Source: Mobula hypostoma (taxonomy: Eukaryota). From it: a stretch of DNA of 64,000 nt. Under the pieces are notes generated by a model. The model was not told where the DNA came from and ran no database searches. It saw only the letters and a program-made list of their open reading frames with translations. The stretch spans positions 5,208,001 to 5,272,000 of the forward strand of contig NC_086098.1 of NCBI RefSeq assembly GCF_963921235.1. The letters are read 5' to 3'. Position numbers and translations under genes: made by a program. This document shows, piece after piece, positions 11,051 to 24,024 of the stretch. The number at the start of each line of letters is the position of its first letter. Positions within the stretch are counted from its first letter, which is position 1.

Positions 11051-12381
11051 GGTGAAAATTACCAGAAATTTCCACTCTGGTCAATATATTTTCAAAATTA
11101 AACTTGGGGGAGAAAAATAAAACAAAATTATACTGAACTAGTCCACCCAAGTGCAATTGAAGGCTGTCCTTTGGCATGCATTAGTAGAGGTATAATTCCA
11201 AATGTTCAGGATGGTTTATTCAGTATGTGGGCATTGAGGTTAATACAAAAGGTTATCTACTAACAGAAAAAATGCATTTTTTCTTTAGTATTACTAAATG
11301 AACTTATATTGTAAAATATAACCACTATATACTGCAGCTTTTACTGTTAAAGCAGAGAACTGGGACTTGTGAAAAGTAGAGTAAACCCTCAGACAATTAT
11401 GTATGCTAGTGTGCTAGAACACAGTTACCTCAATTCACAGACAAAATGAAAATATCCTTATTCATCGTTAAACAATAAAAACCTTGAACCTTCAGTTTAC
11501 AATCTGACAGTAATCAATCCTTTACCAACAAATAAATGAGAAAATCCACAGGTACGGTAAAAAGTAACAACAAAAATTATTTCAAGTGTTAATTTCACAT
11601 GTAGTAGCCCTCCCAATCATAAGTCTATATTTTAGCCACACAGTAGAGTACGGTAAGTTTAAATAATGCCAATATACAGTAGTTTTACATGTTGAGAAAC
11701 ATCTTAAGAAATGCAAGCCGGCATGCGGTTTCCATTGCCCAGCTGAAACCACGAGATAAACATTTTCTCAAATTCTTGTCCACAAGAAACACAAGTAAAC
11801 TGTGACATTATCTGCATTGTAACAAAACAAAATTAAATGATTCTTTCCCCAACCCATTACATCGCTGAAAACATAGTGAAATTCTTCAATATTAACTGTG
11901 ACTGATAGCCTAATCATCCCCAAAGGCATTCAGTGTCACAACAATTAAGCATTCATAATTCAAGTAATTTGATAGTTAGCGCCTACAAGTAGCTCAAAGT
12001 CATGATCCTCATGTTGTATGAACCGATTATCAAATGGTACAGGGAGGTCTAGAGTGGACACTTGGATTGTGCTGGGGTACTGAGCAACTGGGCGCTGAGT
12101 AGGAGAGATTACTCAGATCATTATGACACCATTAACAGGCAAAGGTGCCTGCAGCCTGCTCTCAATGGCGGAACTATTTGCAAACACTCAATTAAGATTG
12201 TATATTAACGGTAACTCAAAGCTGTTGACAACCATTAGATTGTACCTAGTTTTACGTTACCACTTCACAATTGGAGAAACTTATAACTTCTAAGTTTATA
12301 GTGCTTTGTAAAAGTACCCTAATTTCCATCCACTGTCATAGAATCTTTGTAAAACATCCCATGGAACTATTAAATAGCAGG

Positions 12382-12947
12382 AACACAAGAAAATCTGCAG
12401 ATGTTGGAAATCCAGAGTAACAGACACAAAATGCTGGAGGAACTCAGTAGATCAAGCAGCATCTATGGAAAGGAGTAAACAGTTGACATTTCGGGCCAAG
12501 ACCCTGCATCAGGACTGAAAATGAAGGGGGGGGGTGGAGTCAGACTTAAGGTGGGGAGAGGGGAGGAAGAAGTACAAGTTGGCAGATGATAGGTGAAACC
12601 GCAAGAGGGGAAGGGAGGGAGAAGAGCTGGGAGGTTGGTTGTGAAAGAGATAAAGGGCTGAAGAAGGGAGAATCTGATAGGAGAGGACAGAAGATCATGG
12701 AAGGAAGAAGAGCACCAGATGGAGCTGATGGGCAGGTAAGGAGATAAAGTGAAAGAAGGTAACAGGAATGGGGAATGGTGAAGGACAGGAGGGAGGGAGA
12801 AGGCAATTACAGTAAGTTCAAGAAATCAAAGTTATTGCCATCAGGTTGGAGCTACCCAGATGGAATATAAGGTGTTGCTCCTCCAACCTGAATGTTGCCT
12901 CATCGTAGCAGTAGAGGTGGCCATGAACTAACATGTCAGAATGGGAT
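12382..12947 (-). mobile_element. Penelope-like 3' fragment with degenerate hammerhead motif (12480-12517)
   Basis: LEEQHLIF..LG..QPDG remnant; cagtc-CTGATGC-agggtcttggccc-GAAATGTC-aactg. Confidence 0.75.
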
Positions 12948-13328
12948 TAAAAGCAGAGTTATCTGCAATATCCTGGTTATTAGTTTTCTCTTGCTAGATT
13001 TACTAAAATAGACTACTTGGTCACTACCACATTGCTGTTTGGATCAGCTTGCTATAATCCAAGTAATTCCGACATTTTCTACAGCACTATTTTGGGATAC
13101 TTGGACGTCATGCACTCTGGAATATCCTGAAATATACTATAAAGAATACAAGCATTTCCTCAACTCAGTACGAGTATGATTTTATCTAGTCACTGAACAT
13201 TGAATTTTGACCCTTGGCTGACACCATTAAAGTACAAGACTGAGCGATGACTTCCATTCCCCCACCGCTATAAACCCTCCCCTCACCTGAAAAAAAACTT
13301 AGTTCTTGATTGCACAGATCAATATTAC

Positions 13329-13334
13329 TTTATT
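13329..13334 (-). terminator. Candidate proximal poly(A) signal of MANEAL
   Basis: AATAAA 27 nt after the stop codon. Confidence 0.3.
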
Positions 13335-13361
13335 CCTTTATGAAAGCAAGATTGAAAACAT

Positions 13362-13998
13362 TCACATCAGCCACTGTTCTTTCTCTTTGTGAAACTTTTC
13401 TGCCCATTTCCGAGTTATCTCCAGGTAGATGTCTGGCTTATGAGGCAGGTAGTCCAGATAAACCACTTGACTTGTCTTCTTGGGAACAGCTTTCTCAATC
13501 TGAGTTCCTTCATGCCACTCATTAAATGAAGTTATAGTGATTATTTCTGGACGAATTAGAAGGGCTGTACTTAAAGCAGTCTCATAATATTTGCCATTGA
13601 CACGGTTTCTTGTATTATGGTTGTTCCAAGCCCTAATGCTGGTGTCTATATACCCAGGTCCTACACTTGGGATAAACATAAGGTTATTGCTGTCACAGAA
13701 ATCTTTTATTGCTTGCCAGTTTTGATGAGAGGAACCATGAGAGAATCCATTTGTTGCAAAGTATGTGTACATGCCATCAAATCCACCCTGTAAAATTTCA
13801 TTTTTGTGTTGTTCTTCGACAATAAGGGCAATGAACAGTGCGTCGTATTGAGTGTTTCGAACTGAACTCGATCCTGAAGCAGAGAAAAGGTTGGCCCAAG
13901 ATCCTGGGCTAGTGATATACGAATCATAAATGTAGAACATCGGAAGGGATTTTCCCGAGTTAGTTTTGTGTCTATAAAATGCAGGGTGGGATCCATAC
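13362..13998 (-). CDS. MANEAL: MANEAL last coding exon (637 nt incl. stop) with GH99 catalytic motif
   Basis: tcctttttacag|G TAT GGA: YGSHPAFYR...PMFYIYDSY...ITSFNEWHEGTQIE...KEKEQWLM*; the KEKEQWLM ending matches MANEAL rather than MANEA; spliced CDS 550+110+74+637=1371 nt. Confidence 0.95.
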
Positions 13999-14029
13999 CT
14001 GTAAAAAGGAAAAGAAAGAAAACTAAGTT

Positions 14030-15162
14030 CACTTTCAAGTTTGATTGTCTTTCAACAGTACATAAATACCGATGAATGCAACCAAATGAAATAGCGTTAA
14101 TCTAGGGCCACGGTGCTGACACAGTACCAACAGTCACACACAGCACAAAACATAGTCCAAGTCCCTGAGTCTATGGATGTTGCAACAGTCTACAGTTAAA
14201 CACAATACAGGCTTTCTTCTGCTGAGCAAACACTGGAGGGCAGCACTGACTTTAGCATGGCCGCAGTGCCACACCACTTACAACATTTTGTCCTGGGCAG
14301 CTGCAAGCAGGTGATAGCGTGGTCTGAGGCCTATCCTCGCTAGGACCAAGGTTATGCAGCTTCCCCGCTGTGTACTAACAAAACAGTGAATCAAACTTGT
14401 AGTTTTCAATATTAGCAATGTCCAACAGGGTTTTGCAATCACCAGAAAATGAATAAGACGATCACCCGCTGTTCAACTGTACACCGCCTTGGCTGACTGA
14501 CTCCTCTGTTGCAGGCAGCAGCACAATCCGCACCAAGTCCACTCCTGCAGTTTCTCTGCCAATGAGCAGCTTGCCAACGTTGTGGCTCAGACTGTTGTTT
14601 ATTTTTAGGTTCGTAGGGAAGGTTTTGGGGACTGTGTGGGGAGTTAGGGGTCAGGTTGGCTTTAGGGAGGGTTAACGGCAGTAAACGAAGAGTCTGGGCA
14701 GGAGTTCAATTTCAGGTGATATTGATCCATGGTCGAACATCTGCGATCTCGGAGACAGGGTCAGCAGGCACTGACAAGATCAGCAGTCCCCAGGTTTGGT
14801 GAGTTCTGGATCTGGGTAAGAGGCCTGTATGGGCAGCAAGTCCCTAGTACGCGAAGGAGATACTAGGGATCATGCCCCAACAGCCCCAACTGTTGGAGTC
14901 AGCCCATGTGAGTCTGGGCATCAAGATCCAAAGGTCAAACCCATGTCCTTGAGTGAAGTCTGAAGTTGCAGGCCTGAAGTCTGCGAGTCTCAGAGTACAG
15001 GGTCAGGGCCTGGAGGTCTGTGTGTATGAGTAGGTGGATAGCGAAGGAGGGAAAAGGGCTGCTCCTAGCACATGCTTGCGTGCGTTGGTTGATAACATAA
15101 ACGACACATTTGTATGTTTGAATGGACTGTACATGTGACAAATCAATCTGAATCTGAATCTA
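14030..15162. repeat. Two head-to-head unclassified non-autonomous repeats (about 14030-14575 minus; about 14585-15162 plus)
   Basis: The minus copy shares its tail with 35000-35132 and 61200-61310; the plus copy ends catgtgacaaat(c)aatctgaatctgaatct. Confidence 0.45.
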
Positions 15163-15496
15163 AACACTGTTGGGTGGTAGGCACATGTCTGGATTCCTGC
15201 CCTGCTGCCACCAAGCCCTGGGTGACAGGAGACAGGAGTGGAATAAGGTCATTCGGTCCATCGAATACTCCTCCATTTGATCATGGTAAAAGGTAGGAAG
15301 AGCAGCGTACCCATGGTCAGACTTTTCCCCCCAGAATGGAGGTAAAGTGTGGTGGGTCAATGAAATACATTAGGGCCTCTGCTGTTCACATTAGATTTTA
15401 ATGACATGAAATTTGAGGATGTACAACTCAGTGAGGCAAAAGGAACAAGTTTCAGAATGAGACAAACAGTGAAGTTATGCATTTTTGGAGGAATAC

Positions 15497-15815
15497 CCCA
15501 GTAGCGTAGCAGTTATCATGAGGCTATTGCAGCTTAGAACATCGGAGTTTGGAATTCAATTCCATCTCTGCCCGTACGGGATTTGTACATTCTCTCTGTG
15601 TCCACGCAGGTTTCCTTCGGATGCTCTAGTTTCGTCACACAGTCCAAAGATGTACATGGAGCTTAGAAAAATAGAGGGCTATGGGTAAGCCTAGTAATTT
15701 CTAAGGTAGGGACATGTTCGGCACAACTTTGAGGTCTGAAGGGCCTGTATTGTGCTGTAGGTTTTCTATGTTTCTATGGTTAGTAGGTTAACTGGTCATT
15801 ATAAATTGTCCTGTG
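15497..15815 (+). mobile_element. V-SINE/HE1-like SINE interrupted by a CR1 3' tail (about 15653-15777)
   Basis: tttgtacattctc..gtttccttcggatgctctagtttc..cacagtccaaagatgtac / ggttagtaggttaactggtc core; the insert ends ttttctatgtttctat. Confidence 0.7.
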
Positions 15816-15819
15816 ATCG

Positions 15820-16300
15820 GAGTCGACCATGGATGTGTTGTCCCAGCTGTGTACAGAACAGGCAAATCATTACACAAACCGGAGGAGGCGGCCCCCATCA
15901 GTCAGAGCTGACCATGGACACTGCAGCCCAGCTGCCTAGGTATGTGAATCAGGGCAGTACCTTATGGACACTGTTGCCCCCCCCACCCCCCACGCAGCTG
16001 ATGGATCCAAAGGGATGGCAGAGACCGATAGAATTTGGTACCAGTGGCGACACAGGAATCGCTGGTCAGTGTTGAACTCAGCTTAGGACTGCCTTAGAAC
16101 CCCGAGCTCTGGAATTTTCCATTGGGGGTTTACACCCGAAGCCTTCTTCATGAGTGGGCATAGCTGCAAGGCAGCAGAGGTTTGAGGTCAGAGTTTTCCT
16201 TCTCCTAAATGAGCTGCCAACCACGGCTGATGAGCCTGATCTGTCTGAAATGATTGGTTTTATGGTGCCAGTAATCCACCTTTGCCCCTTCTCTTGCTAG
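15820..16300 (-). mobile_element. RTE-clade-derived fragment
   Basis: Reverse-complement similarity to 6690-6850. Confidence 0.5.
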
Positions 16301-16589
16301 TAGCTTCCTGCGATTAAGCTAGGATTAAACAGACAGGTTGCTGGACAACACAGCTCGTTGGGCCTGTTTTGTACTGTATCTCTAAATAAAAATAAATACA
16401 TAAAATGCAGCATACCCACCTCTCCACTCACCACTGGCTCTGTTGCTAACTAGCTTGAGGGTTACAGGAGGAAGCCTGGGGTATTGGGTTGAAAAAAAAA
16501 ACAGCTGTGATTGAATGATGCACCATACTTGAAGCCTAATTCTGTTCCTATATCTTATGTTTTAACTTTACGTAGTGTTGTTTCAGGAC

Positions 16590-17800
16590 GGCTAACAATA
16601 TTGCCCGGGAGGACTGCCACTCTGGCCATTCCCTTTTCTCTCGTCTGCCTTCTAGGAGAAGATACAGGAGCTTGAAAGCTTGGATGGCAAGACTCAAGAA
16701 CAGCTTTATCCCCGCTGCTATCAGACTCCTGAACCAATCACCCCTTTCACATCCTCTTCCCAGTGGTGTCACCACAAGAAAAATGGAGTACAATGTGCAG
16801 GGAAGATTCATGTATAGGTCAGCACAACACCGTGGGCCGAAGGGCCTGTACTATGCTTCGTGGCATTCTACGCACAGTGGCACAAAACTGCATATGAAAT
16901 GCTTTGAAGTCCTTTGTGCAAGTCGCTCAGCGCATATGCAGAACAGGAGACCTGCACACATTTTAACTGGACTGCTAAGGTTTGTGGGGCCTCACCGGTC
17001 TGACGTCTGCTGCAGGTGAGAGGCCCAGGTGTCCCCTGTCTCTCACATCAGTTTTCTCTTTAGTGTTTTTCATCACTTATCCCAGCTCTACTCCATGTCA
17101 TCAACCATACCCTCAACTATGACTGATTATCCCTAAACCCGGAGAAGCAACTAAGAAAACATGGACGACCATAACAAAATGTTTAATTTTATTATAGCAA
17201 GAGAATAAACCACTGATTGTTGAATTCAGGAAGAGGAAGGAGAGTGAAAAGGCCAATCTGCTGTGGGATCAGAGGTTGAGAGAGTCAGCAGCTTTAAGTT
17301 CCTGGCTGTTAACTTTCCGGTGACCTAGCAGCACAGAAGCAATCATGAGGAAAACGTGGCAGTGTCTCAGCTGGTTCATCAAACATGCTAACAAGATGTA
17401 AGTGATGTGAGGAACAGGGGACACCTGGGACTCTCACCTGCAGCAGAAAGGTGACGTCCAATTAAAATGTGTGTAATTTTCTTGAACTGCAAATGTTCTG
17501 AACAGTCTTGCACAAAGGATTTCAAAGTTGTAAGTATCCTGACTAGTTGCACCATGGCCTGATACAGCAATTTGCAAGAACACAAGAGGCTGCAGAGAGG
17601 ATTGAAGTCTGCTTAATAAAACAGGGACACATCCATCCCCACCATTGGTTTAAATCTACAGGAGATGCTGTCTCAAGATTGCAACAACATACACCACTGG
17701 GCCATGGCATCTTTTCAGGTAGCAGGTACAGAAGTCTGAAGTACCACACTAACAGATTCGAGAAAAACTATTTTCCTTCAACCATTCGATATTGATCCAA
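16590..17800 (+). mobile_element. Rex1/Babar-like fragments (16590-16740, about 17210-17800)
   Basis: HSGHSLFSRLPSRRRYRSLKA; GSRYRSLKYHTNRFEKNYFP. Confidence 0.55.
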
Positions 17801-17929
17801 TTGGCAAAACCCTAATCACTACGGTTTGCAAACACTATGAACACTTTGTACTTAAACAGTTTGGTTTTATTTCGTCTAAAAGTGTTTACTTGTAAAAATT
17901 GTGTATAACTTATAATTTAATTTAATTTA

Positions 17930-18130
17930 GAGATAAAGCATGGTACACAGGTCCGACGGTCCCAATTACACGCATACGTCTTTGGACTGTGGTAGGGAAC
18001 CAGAGCACCTGGGGAAACCCATGCTGTCACGGGATGGATGTTACATGCTCCTTACAGACAGCTGCAGGAAATGGACCCAGATTACTGGCGCTACAATACT
18101 GCTGTGCTAACCGCTACACTACTGTGCTGC
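17930..18130 (-). mobile_element. V-SINE/HE1-like SINE
   Basis: gtctttggactgtgg..ggaaccagagcacctggggaaacccatgc. Confidence 0.65.
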
Positions 18131-18315
18131 CATACAAGCCACTTGCTCACGCAAACAAGGTTTTCCATCGCACCATTTATTGTCACGTATGCAAATGCAA
18201 ATATGTACATATGACAATAAACTCAACTTTGATTTTGATTTACAAAAATGGCAACAAAAAAGTCATTGTTTTTTCCAGATGTAAATACTGAATTAAAATC
18301 GAGTAAAAGACTTAC

Positions 18316-18389
18316 TTGTGAATGATGTATTTCAGATTACGGTGGAAAGTATGCTCTCTTCCTTCATACGGCTCAATGTGAAAGGTGAC
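18316..18389 (-). CDS. MANEAL: MANEAL third coding exon (74 nt)
   Basis: tcttttcaaag|VTFHIEPYEGREHTFHRNLKYIIH(K)|gtaagt; phase 0 to 2. Confidence 0.92.
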
Positions 18390-18843
18390 CTTTGAAAAGA
18401 AAAATGAAATACTGGATACATTGGCAGTCATCATTTCAGGATAATTACTGTTTCCTCATATCAATTTTCAAATGCTGGAAATCCAAAATAAAAGCAAAAA
18501 ACACTAGAATAACACACACAGCAGCAGCCGAAGAGAAAACAGAATTGAAAAAGGAAACAAGCATGTTTCATGTTGTGAAGAATTAACACAGGGAGGGTCC
18601 ATAATATTATCTCAAATGATTTCATTTATCCACCTTGCTCGTGTTACCCCAAGGTATCCACAATGGCTGTGACCATTTATTTCCATTTCTGATATCAATT
18701 TGGCCAGCTTGTTATCTGAATTGAATTAGCATTGTATGGAGCCTTTAATTTTGCCTTTCTGTCACCTTTTCCATGTACCAATTGCAACGGCACTTTGATA
18801 ATTTGGCATTGAGGGTCCAGAGGTGGTTCACAAGGATGATTCC

Positions 18844-21800
18844 TGAGAGACCTCCAGCCTCCCTGATGGCCACATCTGCGCCAGGTGCACCGAGATGCAG
18901 CTCCTCAGAGACCGTGTTAGGGATCTGGAGCTGCAGCTTGATGACCTACTGCTTATCAGGGAAAGTGAAGAGGTGATAGACAGGAGCTACAGAGAGGTAG
19001 TCATCCCTCGGCTACAGGAGTCAGTAGTCATCCTTAGGCTACAGGGGTAAGAAAACTGGGTGACTGTCAGGAGAGGGAAGGAAAATGCCCAGATAGTGGA
19101 GAGCACACCTGTGGCTGTCCCCCTCAGCAACAAATATCTTGTTCTGGATGCTGTTGAAGGAGATGACCTGACAGGGGACGGCCACAGTGACCGGGTCTCT
19201 GGCACTGAGCCTGGCGCTGTTGTGCAGGAGGGAAGGAGGGAAGGAGGGAGAAGAGGAATGCGGTAGTCATAGGGGATTCCACGGTCAGGGGAACAGACAG
19301 GAGATTCTGTGAGCCTGATAGAGATACCCGCATGGTGTGTTGCCTCCCAGGTGCCAGGGCACAGGATGTCTTGGATCGGGTCAAGAATATTCTGAAGGGA
19401 CAGGGCGAGCAGCCAGTTGTCTTGGTACATGTTGGTACCAATGACATAGCTAGGACAAAGGAGGAGGGCCTGAAGAAAGATTTCCGGGAGTTAGGATGAA
19501 AGCTGAGAAGCAGGACCTCCAGGGATTGGGATTGCTACCTGTGCCACGTGCCAGCGAGGGCAAGAATAGTAGGATCAGGCAGATGAATGTGTGGCTGAGA
19601 GACTAGTGCAGGGGGCAGGGCTTCAGAATCTTGGATCATTGGGATCTCTTCTGGGGGAAGTATGACCTGTTCAAAAAGGACGGGCTACACCTGAACCCAA
19701 AGGGGACCAATATCCTGGCGGGAAGGTTTAATAGAGCTGTTAGGGAGGGTTTAAACTAATTTGGCAGGGGGATGGGAACTGGAATGATAGAGTGGAAGAA
19801 GGGGAAAACAGAAATAAATCTAAGATAGTGAGTAGTAAAGATGTGAGGAAAGACAGGGAGGTGATGAGGCAAATTTGTAGCCATTGGGATGAGTTGCAGT
19901 GAAATCAAAGCAAAAAGTACCAAAATACTGGTCCTAAGGCGTTATACTTAAATGCACGCAGCATAAGGAATAAGGCGGATGATCCTGTCGTACAGCTACA
20001 GATTAGCAGGCATGATATTGTGGCCATCACTGAGACGTGGCTAAAGGATGCATGTCTCTGGGAGCTGAACGTCCAAGGATACACGGTATATCGGAAGGAT
20101 AGGAAGGTAGGCAGTGGGGGTAGCGTGGCTTTATTGGTAAGAAATGATATTAAGTCATTAGAAAGGGGTGACATAGGATCGGAAGGTGCAGAATCTTTAT
20201 GGGTTGAGCTAAGAAATCGCAGGGGTAAAAGGACCCTGATGGCAGTTATATACAGACCTCCTAACAGCTGCCGTGATGTGGACTACAAATTACAACAGGA
20301 AATAGAAAAGGCTTGTCAGAAGGGCAGTGTTATGATAACTGTGGGGGATTTTAACATGCGAGTGGATTGGGAAAATCAGGTCGGCACTGCATCTCAAGAG
20401 AGAAAATTTGTAGAATGTCTATGAGATGGCTTTTTAGAACAGCTTGTTGTTGAGCCCACTAGGGGATCGGCTGTACTGGACTGGGTATTGTGTAATGAAC
20501 CAGAGATGATTAGAGAGATTGAAGTGAAGGAACCCTTCACTGAGGAAGACATCAGCAGTATACCGGACACTCAAGGGTGGCAGGGAAGAGAAGTGTGCGC
20601 AGTCACAATTACGACAGAGAAAGAACTCAGGAAGCTGAATAGTCTAAAGGTGGATAAATCTCCCGGGCCAGATGGAATGCAACCTTGTGTTCTGAAGGAA
20701 GTAGCTGTGGAAATTGCGGAGGCATTAGCAACGATCTTTCAAAAGTCAATAGATTCTGGCATGGTTCCGGAGGACTGGAAGATTGCAAATGTCACTCCGC
20801 TATTTAAGGGGGCAAGGAAGCAAAAAGGAAATTATAGACCTGTTAGCTTGACATCGGTGGTTGGGAAGTTGTTGGAGTCAATTGTCAAGGATGAGATTAC
20901 ACAGTACCTGGAGGCATATGACAAGATAGGCAGAACTCAGCATGATTTCCTTAAAGGAAAATCCTGTCTGACAAACCTATTGCAATCTTTTGAGGAAATT
21001 ACAAGTAGGCTAGACAAGGAGGATGCAGTGGATGTTGTGTATTTGGATTTTCAGAAGGCCTTTGACAAGGTGCCACACATGAGGCTGCTAAACAAGATAA
21101 GAGCCCATGGAATTACAGTTAAGTTACATACGTGGATAGAGCTTTGGCTGATTGGCAGGAAACAGAGCGGGAATAAAGGGATCCCATTCTGGTTGGCTGC
21201 CGGTTACCAGTGGTGTTCCACAGGGGTCCGTGTTGGGGCCGCTTCTTTTTACATTGTACATCAACGATTTGGATTATGGAATAGATGGCTTTGTGGCTAA
21301 GTTTGCTGATGATATGAAGATAGGTGGAGGAGCCGGTAGTGCTGAGGAAACGGAGAGTCTGCAGAGAGACTTGGATAGATTGCAAGAATGGGCAAAGAAG
21401 TGGCAAATGAAATACAATGTTGGAAAGTGTATGGTTATGCACTTTGGTAGAAGAAATAAACGGGCAGAGAATGGGGAGAGAATTCAAAGTTCTGAGATGC
21501 AGCGGGACTTGGGAGTCCTCGTGCAGGATACTTTTAAGGTTAACCTCCAGGTTGAGTCCGTAGTGAAGAAGGCGAATGCAATGTTGGCATTCGTTTCTAG
21601 AGGAATAGAGTATAGGAGCAGGGATGTGATTTTGAGGCTCTGTAAGGTGCTGGTAAGACCTCACTTGGAGTACTGTGGGCAGTTTTGGTCTCCTTATTTA
21701 AGAAGGGATGCGCTGACGTTGGAGAGGGTTCAGAGAAGATTCACGAGAATGATTCCCGGAATGAGAGGGTTAACATATGAGGAACGTTTGACCGCTCTTG

Positions 21801-22193
21801 GACTGTACTCCCTGGAGTTTAGAAGAATGAGGGGGTACCTCATAGAAACATTTCGAATGTTGAAAGGCATGGACTGAGTGGATGTGGCAAAGTTGTTTCC
21901 CATGGTGGTGGAGTCTAGTATGAGAGGGCATGACTGAAGGATTGAAGGGCGTCCATTCAGAACAGAGATGTGAAGAAATTTTTTCAGCCGGAGGGTGGTG
22001 AATCTATGGAATTTGTTGTCACGGGCAGCAGTGGAGGCCAAGTCATTGGGTGTATTTAAGGTAGAGATTGATAGGTATCTGAGTAGCCAGGGCATCAAAG
22101 GTTATGGTGAGAAGGCTGGGGAGTGGGACTAAATGGGAGATTGGATCAGCTCAAAATGGTGGAGCAGACTCGATGGGCTGACTCCTTTGTCTT
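18844..22193 (+). mobile_element. CR1 LINE with degenerate ORF1 (coiled coil and esterase) and internally deleted ORF2
   Basis: QLLRDRVRDLELQLDDL, GDS, GTNDI, DGLHLN...EGLN*; deletion junction KEP/FTEED at about 20535; 8-bp TSD atgattcc 18836-18843/22194-22201 inside an older CR1 (continues to about 22578). Confidence 0.88.
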
Positions 22194-22577
22194 ATGATTC
22201 CGGGAATTAAAGGGTTAGTGCACTAGGAGTGTTTGTCGTCTCTCGGCCTGTACTCACTGCAGTTTAGAAGAATGGGGGGGGGGGGGGTGGTGGCTGGGAT
22301 CTGATTGTTCTATAAAATGTTGAAATGCCTAGATAGAGTGGATGTGGAGAGTATGTTTCTTATAGTGGGTGAGTCTAGGATAAGAGGACACAACCTCAAA
22401 ACAAGGTGTCCCTTTGGAACAGAGGAGTAGAATCTGTGGAATTCATTGTCATTGATGGCTGTGGAGGCAAAGTCATTGGGTATATTCAAAGCAGAGGAGA
22501 TAGGTTTTGATTAGCCAAGGAATCAAAGGTTACAGGGAGAAGGCGGGAGATGGGGTTGAGAGGGATAATAAATCAGC

Positions 22578-23870
22578 CATAAGACCATAAGACAAAGGAG
22601 CAGAAGTCGGCCATTTGGCCCATTGAGTCTGCTCCACCATTTTATCATGAGCTGATCCATTCTCCCATTTAGTCCCACTCTCCCGCCTTCTCACCATAAC
22701 CTTGGATCCATCCTATCCTGAGTCCCTTCACTCTGGTTTCCAACACCCTGCCAAATTAGATCAAACTCTCCAACAGCTCTAACAAAGCTGCCAACGAGAA
22801 TGTTGGTCCCTCCTCGGGTTCAGGTGCAACCCGTCACTTTTGAACAGGCCATACCTCCCCCAGAAGAGATCCCAATGGTGCAAGAACTTGAAGCCCTGAC
22901 CCCTACACCAGCTTCTCAGTGACACATTTATCTGCCAAATCATCCTGTTTCTGTCCTCACTGATGCATGGCACAGACAGCAATCCAGAAATTACTACCCT
23001 GGAGGTCCTGCTTCTCAGCTTTCTACCTAGCTCTCTAAATTCTCTTTTCAGGACCTCTTTGTTTTTCTTTCCTATGTCATTGGTACCAGTATGTACCAAG
23101 ATATCTGGCTGCTCTCCCTCCCCCTCCAAAATGTTGTGGATGCAATCTGAGATGACGCTGACCCTGGAACCTTGGAGGCAACATACCATCCGGGTGTCCA
23201 TTCATGTCCACAGAATCTCCTGTCTGTTCCTCTCACTATTGAGTCCCCTATCACTACCACTCCCTTCTTCTCCCCTTTCCCTTCTGCACCACAGACCTAT
23301 GCTCATTGCCAATAACCCAGTCTCAGTGGCATTCTCCTGAGAGGTCATCCCCCACAATAGTATCCAAAATGCTATACTTATTCTTGAGGAGAATGGCTAC
23401 AGTGGTGCTCTGCACTAACTGCCTATTCACACTTCCATTTCTCCTGCCAGTCACCCAGCTACTTGCCTCCTGCAACTTCGGGGTGACTACTTCCCTGTAC
23501 AGAGGCTGTGATCAATTATCTCCTTACTCTCCCGTACAAGCCGAATGTCATTCAGCTGCTGCTCCAGATCCCTAACACGGTCTTCAAGGAGCTGCAGCTG
23601 GATGCACTTCACTCTGGGTCTCCCAGGACTCCAACATCTGGCATGAAGAACACACAACAGCCACTTACTACGCTAGATACAGTAACAGGGAAAAAAGGGA
23701 ACCTTAACAGAAGCTTACCCAGAACCAAGTCTCCTTTGAGTCAAAGCCTGACGTTGCTACTTTCAGCACTGGTCTGCTCCTGACAACGGCCACCCCGCTT
23801 GTCCCTTCCTTCCTTTAAACACGCGTTGCCAACCTGCGAGAAACCTCACTGCTGTAGCCTGGTGCTGTTG
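22578..23870 (-). mobile_element. CR1 3' tail (22578-22705) adjoining a CR1 5'UTR/ORF1 esterase segment
   Basis: (TCTTATGG)n-type tail; VIGDSIVRG, HTGTNDIG, DGLHLNP. Confidence 0.75.
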
Positions 23871-24024
23871 AATGGGCTTCCGAGACCATACCAGAATCAA
23901 GTGATTCTTGAAAGATCATGACCAATGCATTCATTATTTCTTCAGCAAAGTCCCTCAGGATTCTGGTATATCATCCATTTGGTCCAGGTGATTTATCCAC
24001 CTTAAGACCTTCAAGTTTGTCTCT

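Noticed and set aside
16227..16255. CTGATGA...GAAA hammerhead-like core
   Set aside because: No convincing stem II, no stem III or NUH site; lies in an RTE-derived fragment, and the related copy near 6685-6700 does not show the core arrangement
22578..23870. Possible ORF2-less non-autonomous CR1 (ORF1 joined directly to a 3' tail)
   Set aside because: The tail resembles the 18844 subfamily while the ORF1 end resembles the 29100 subfamily, and no shared TSD was found; more likely two separate insertions
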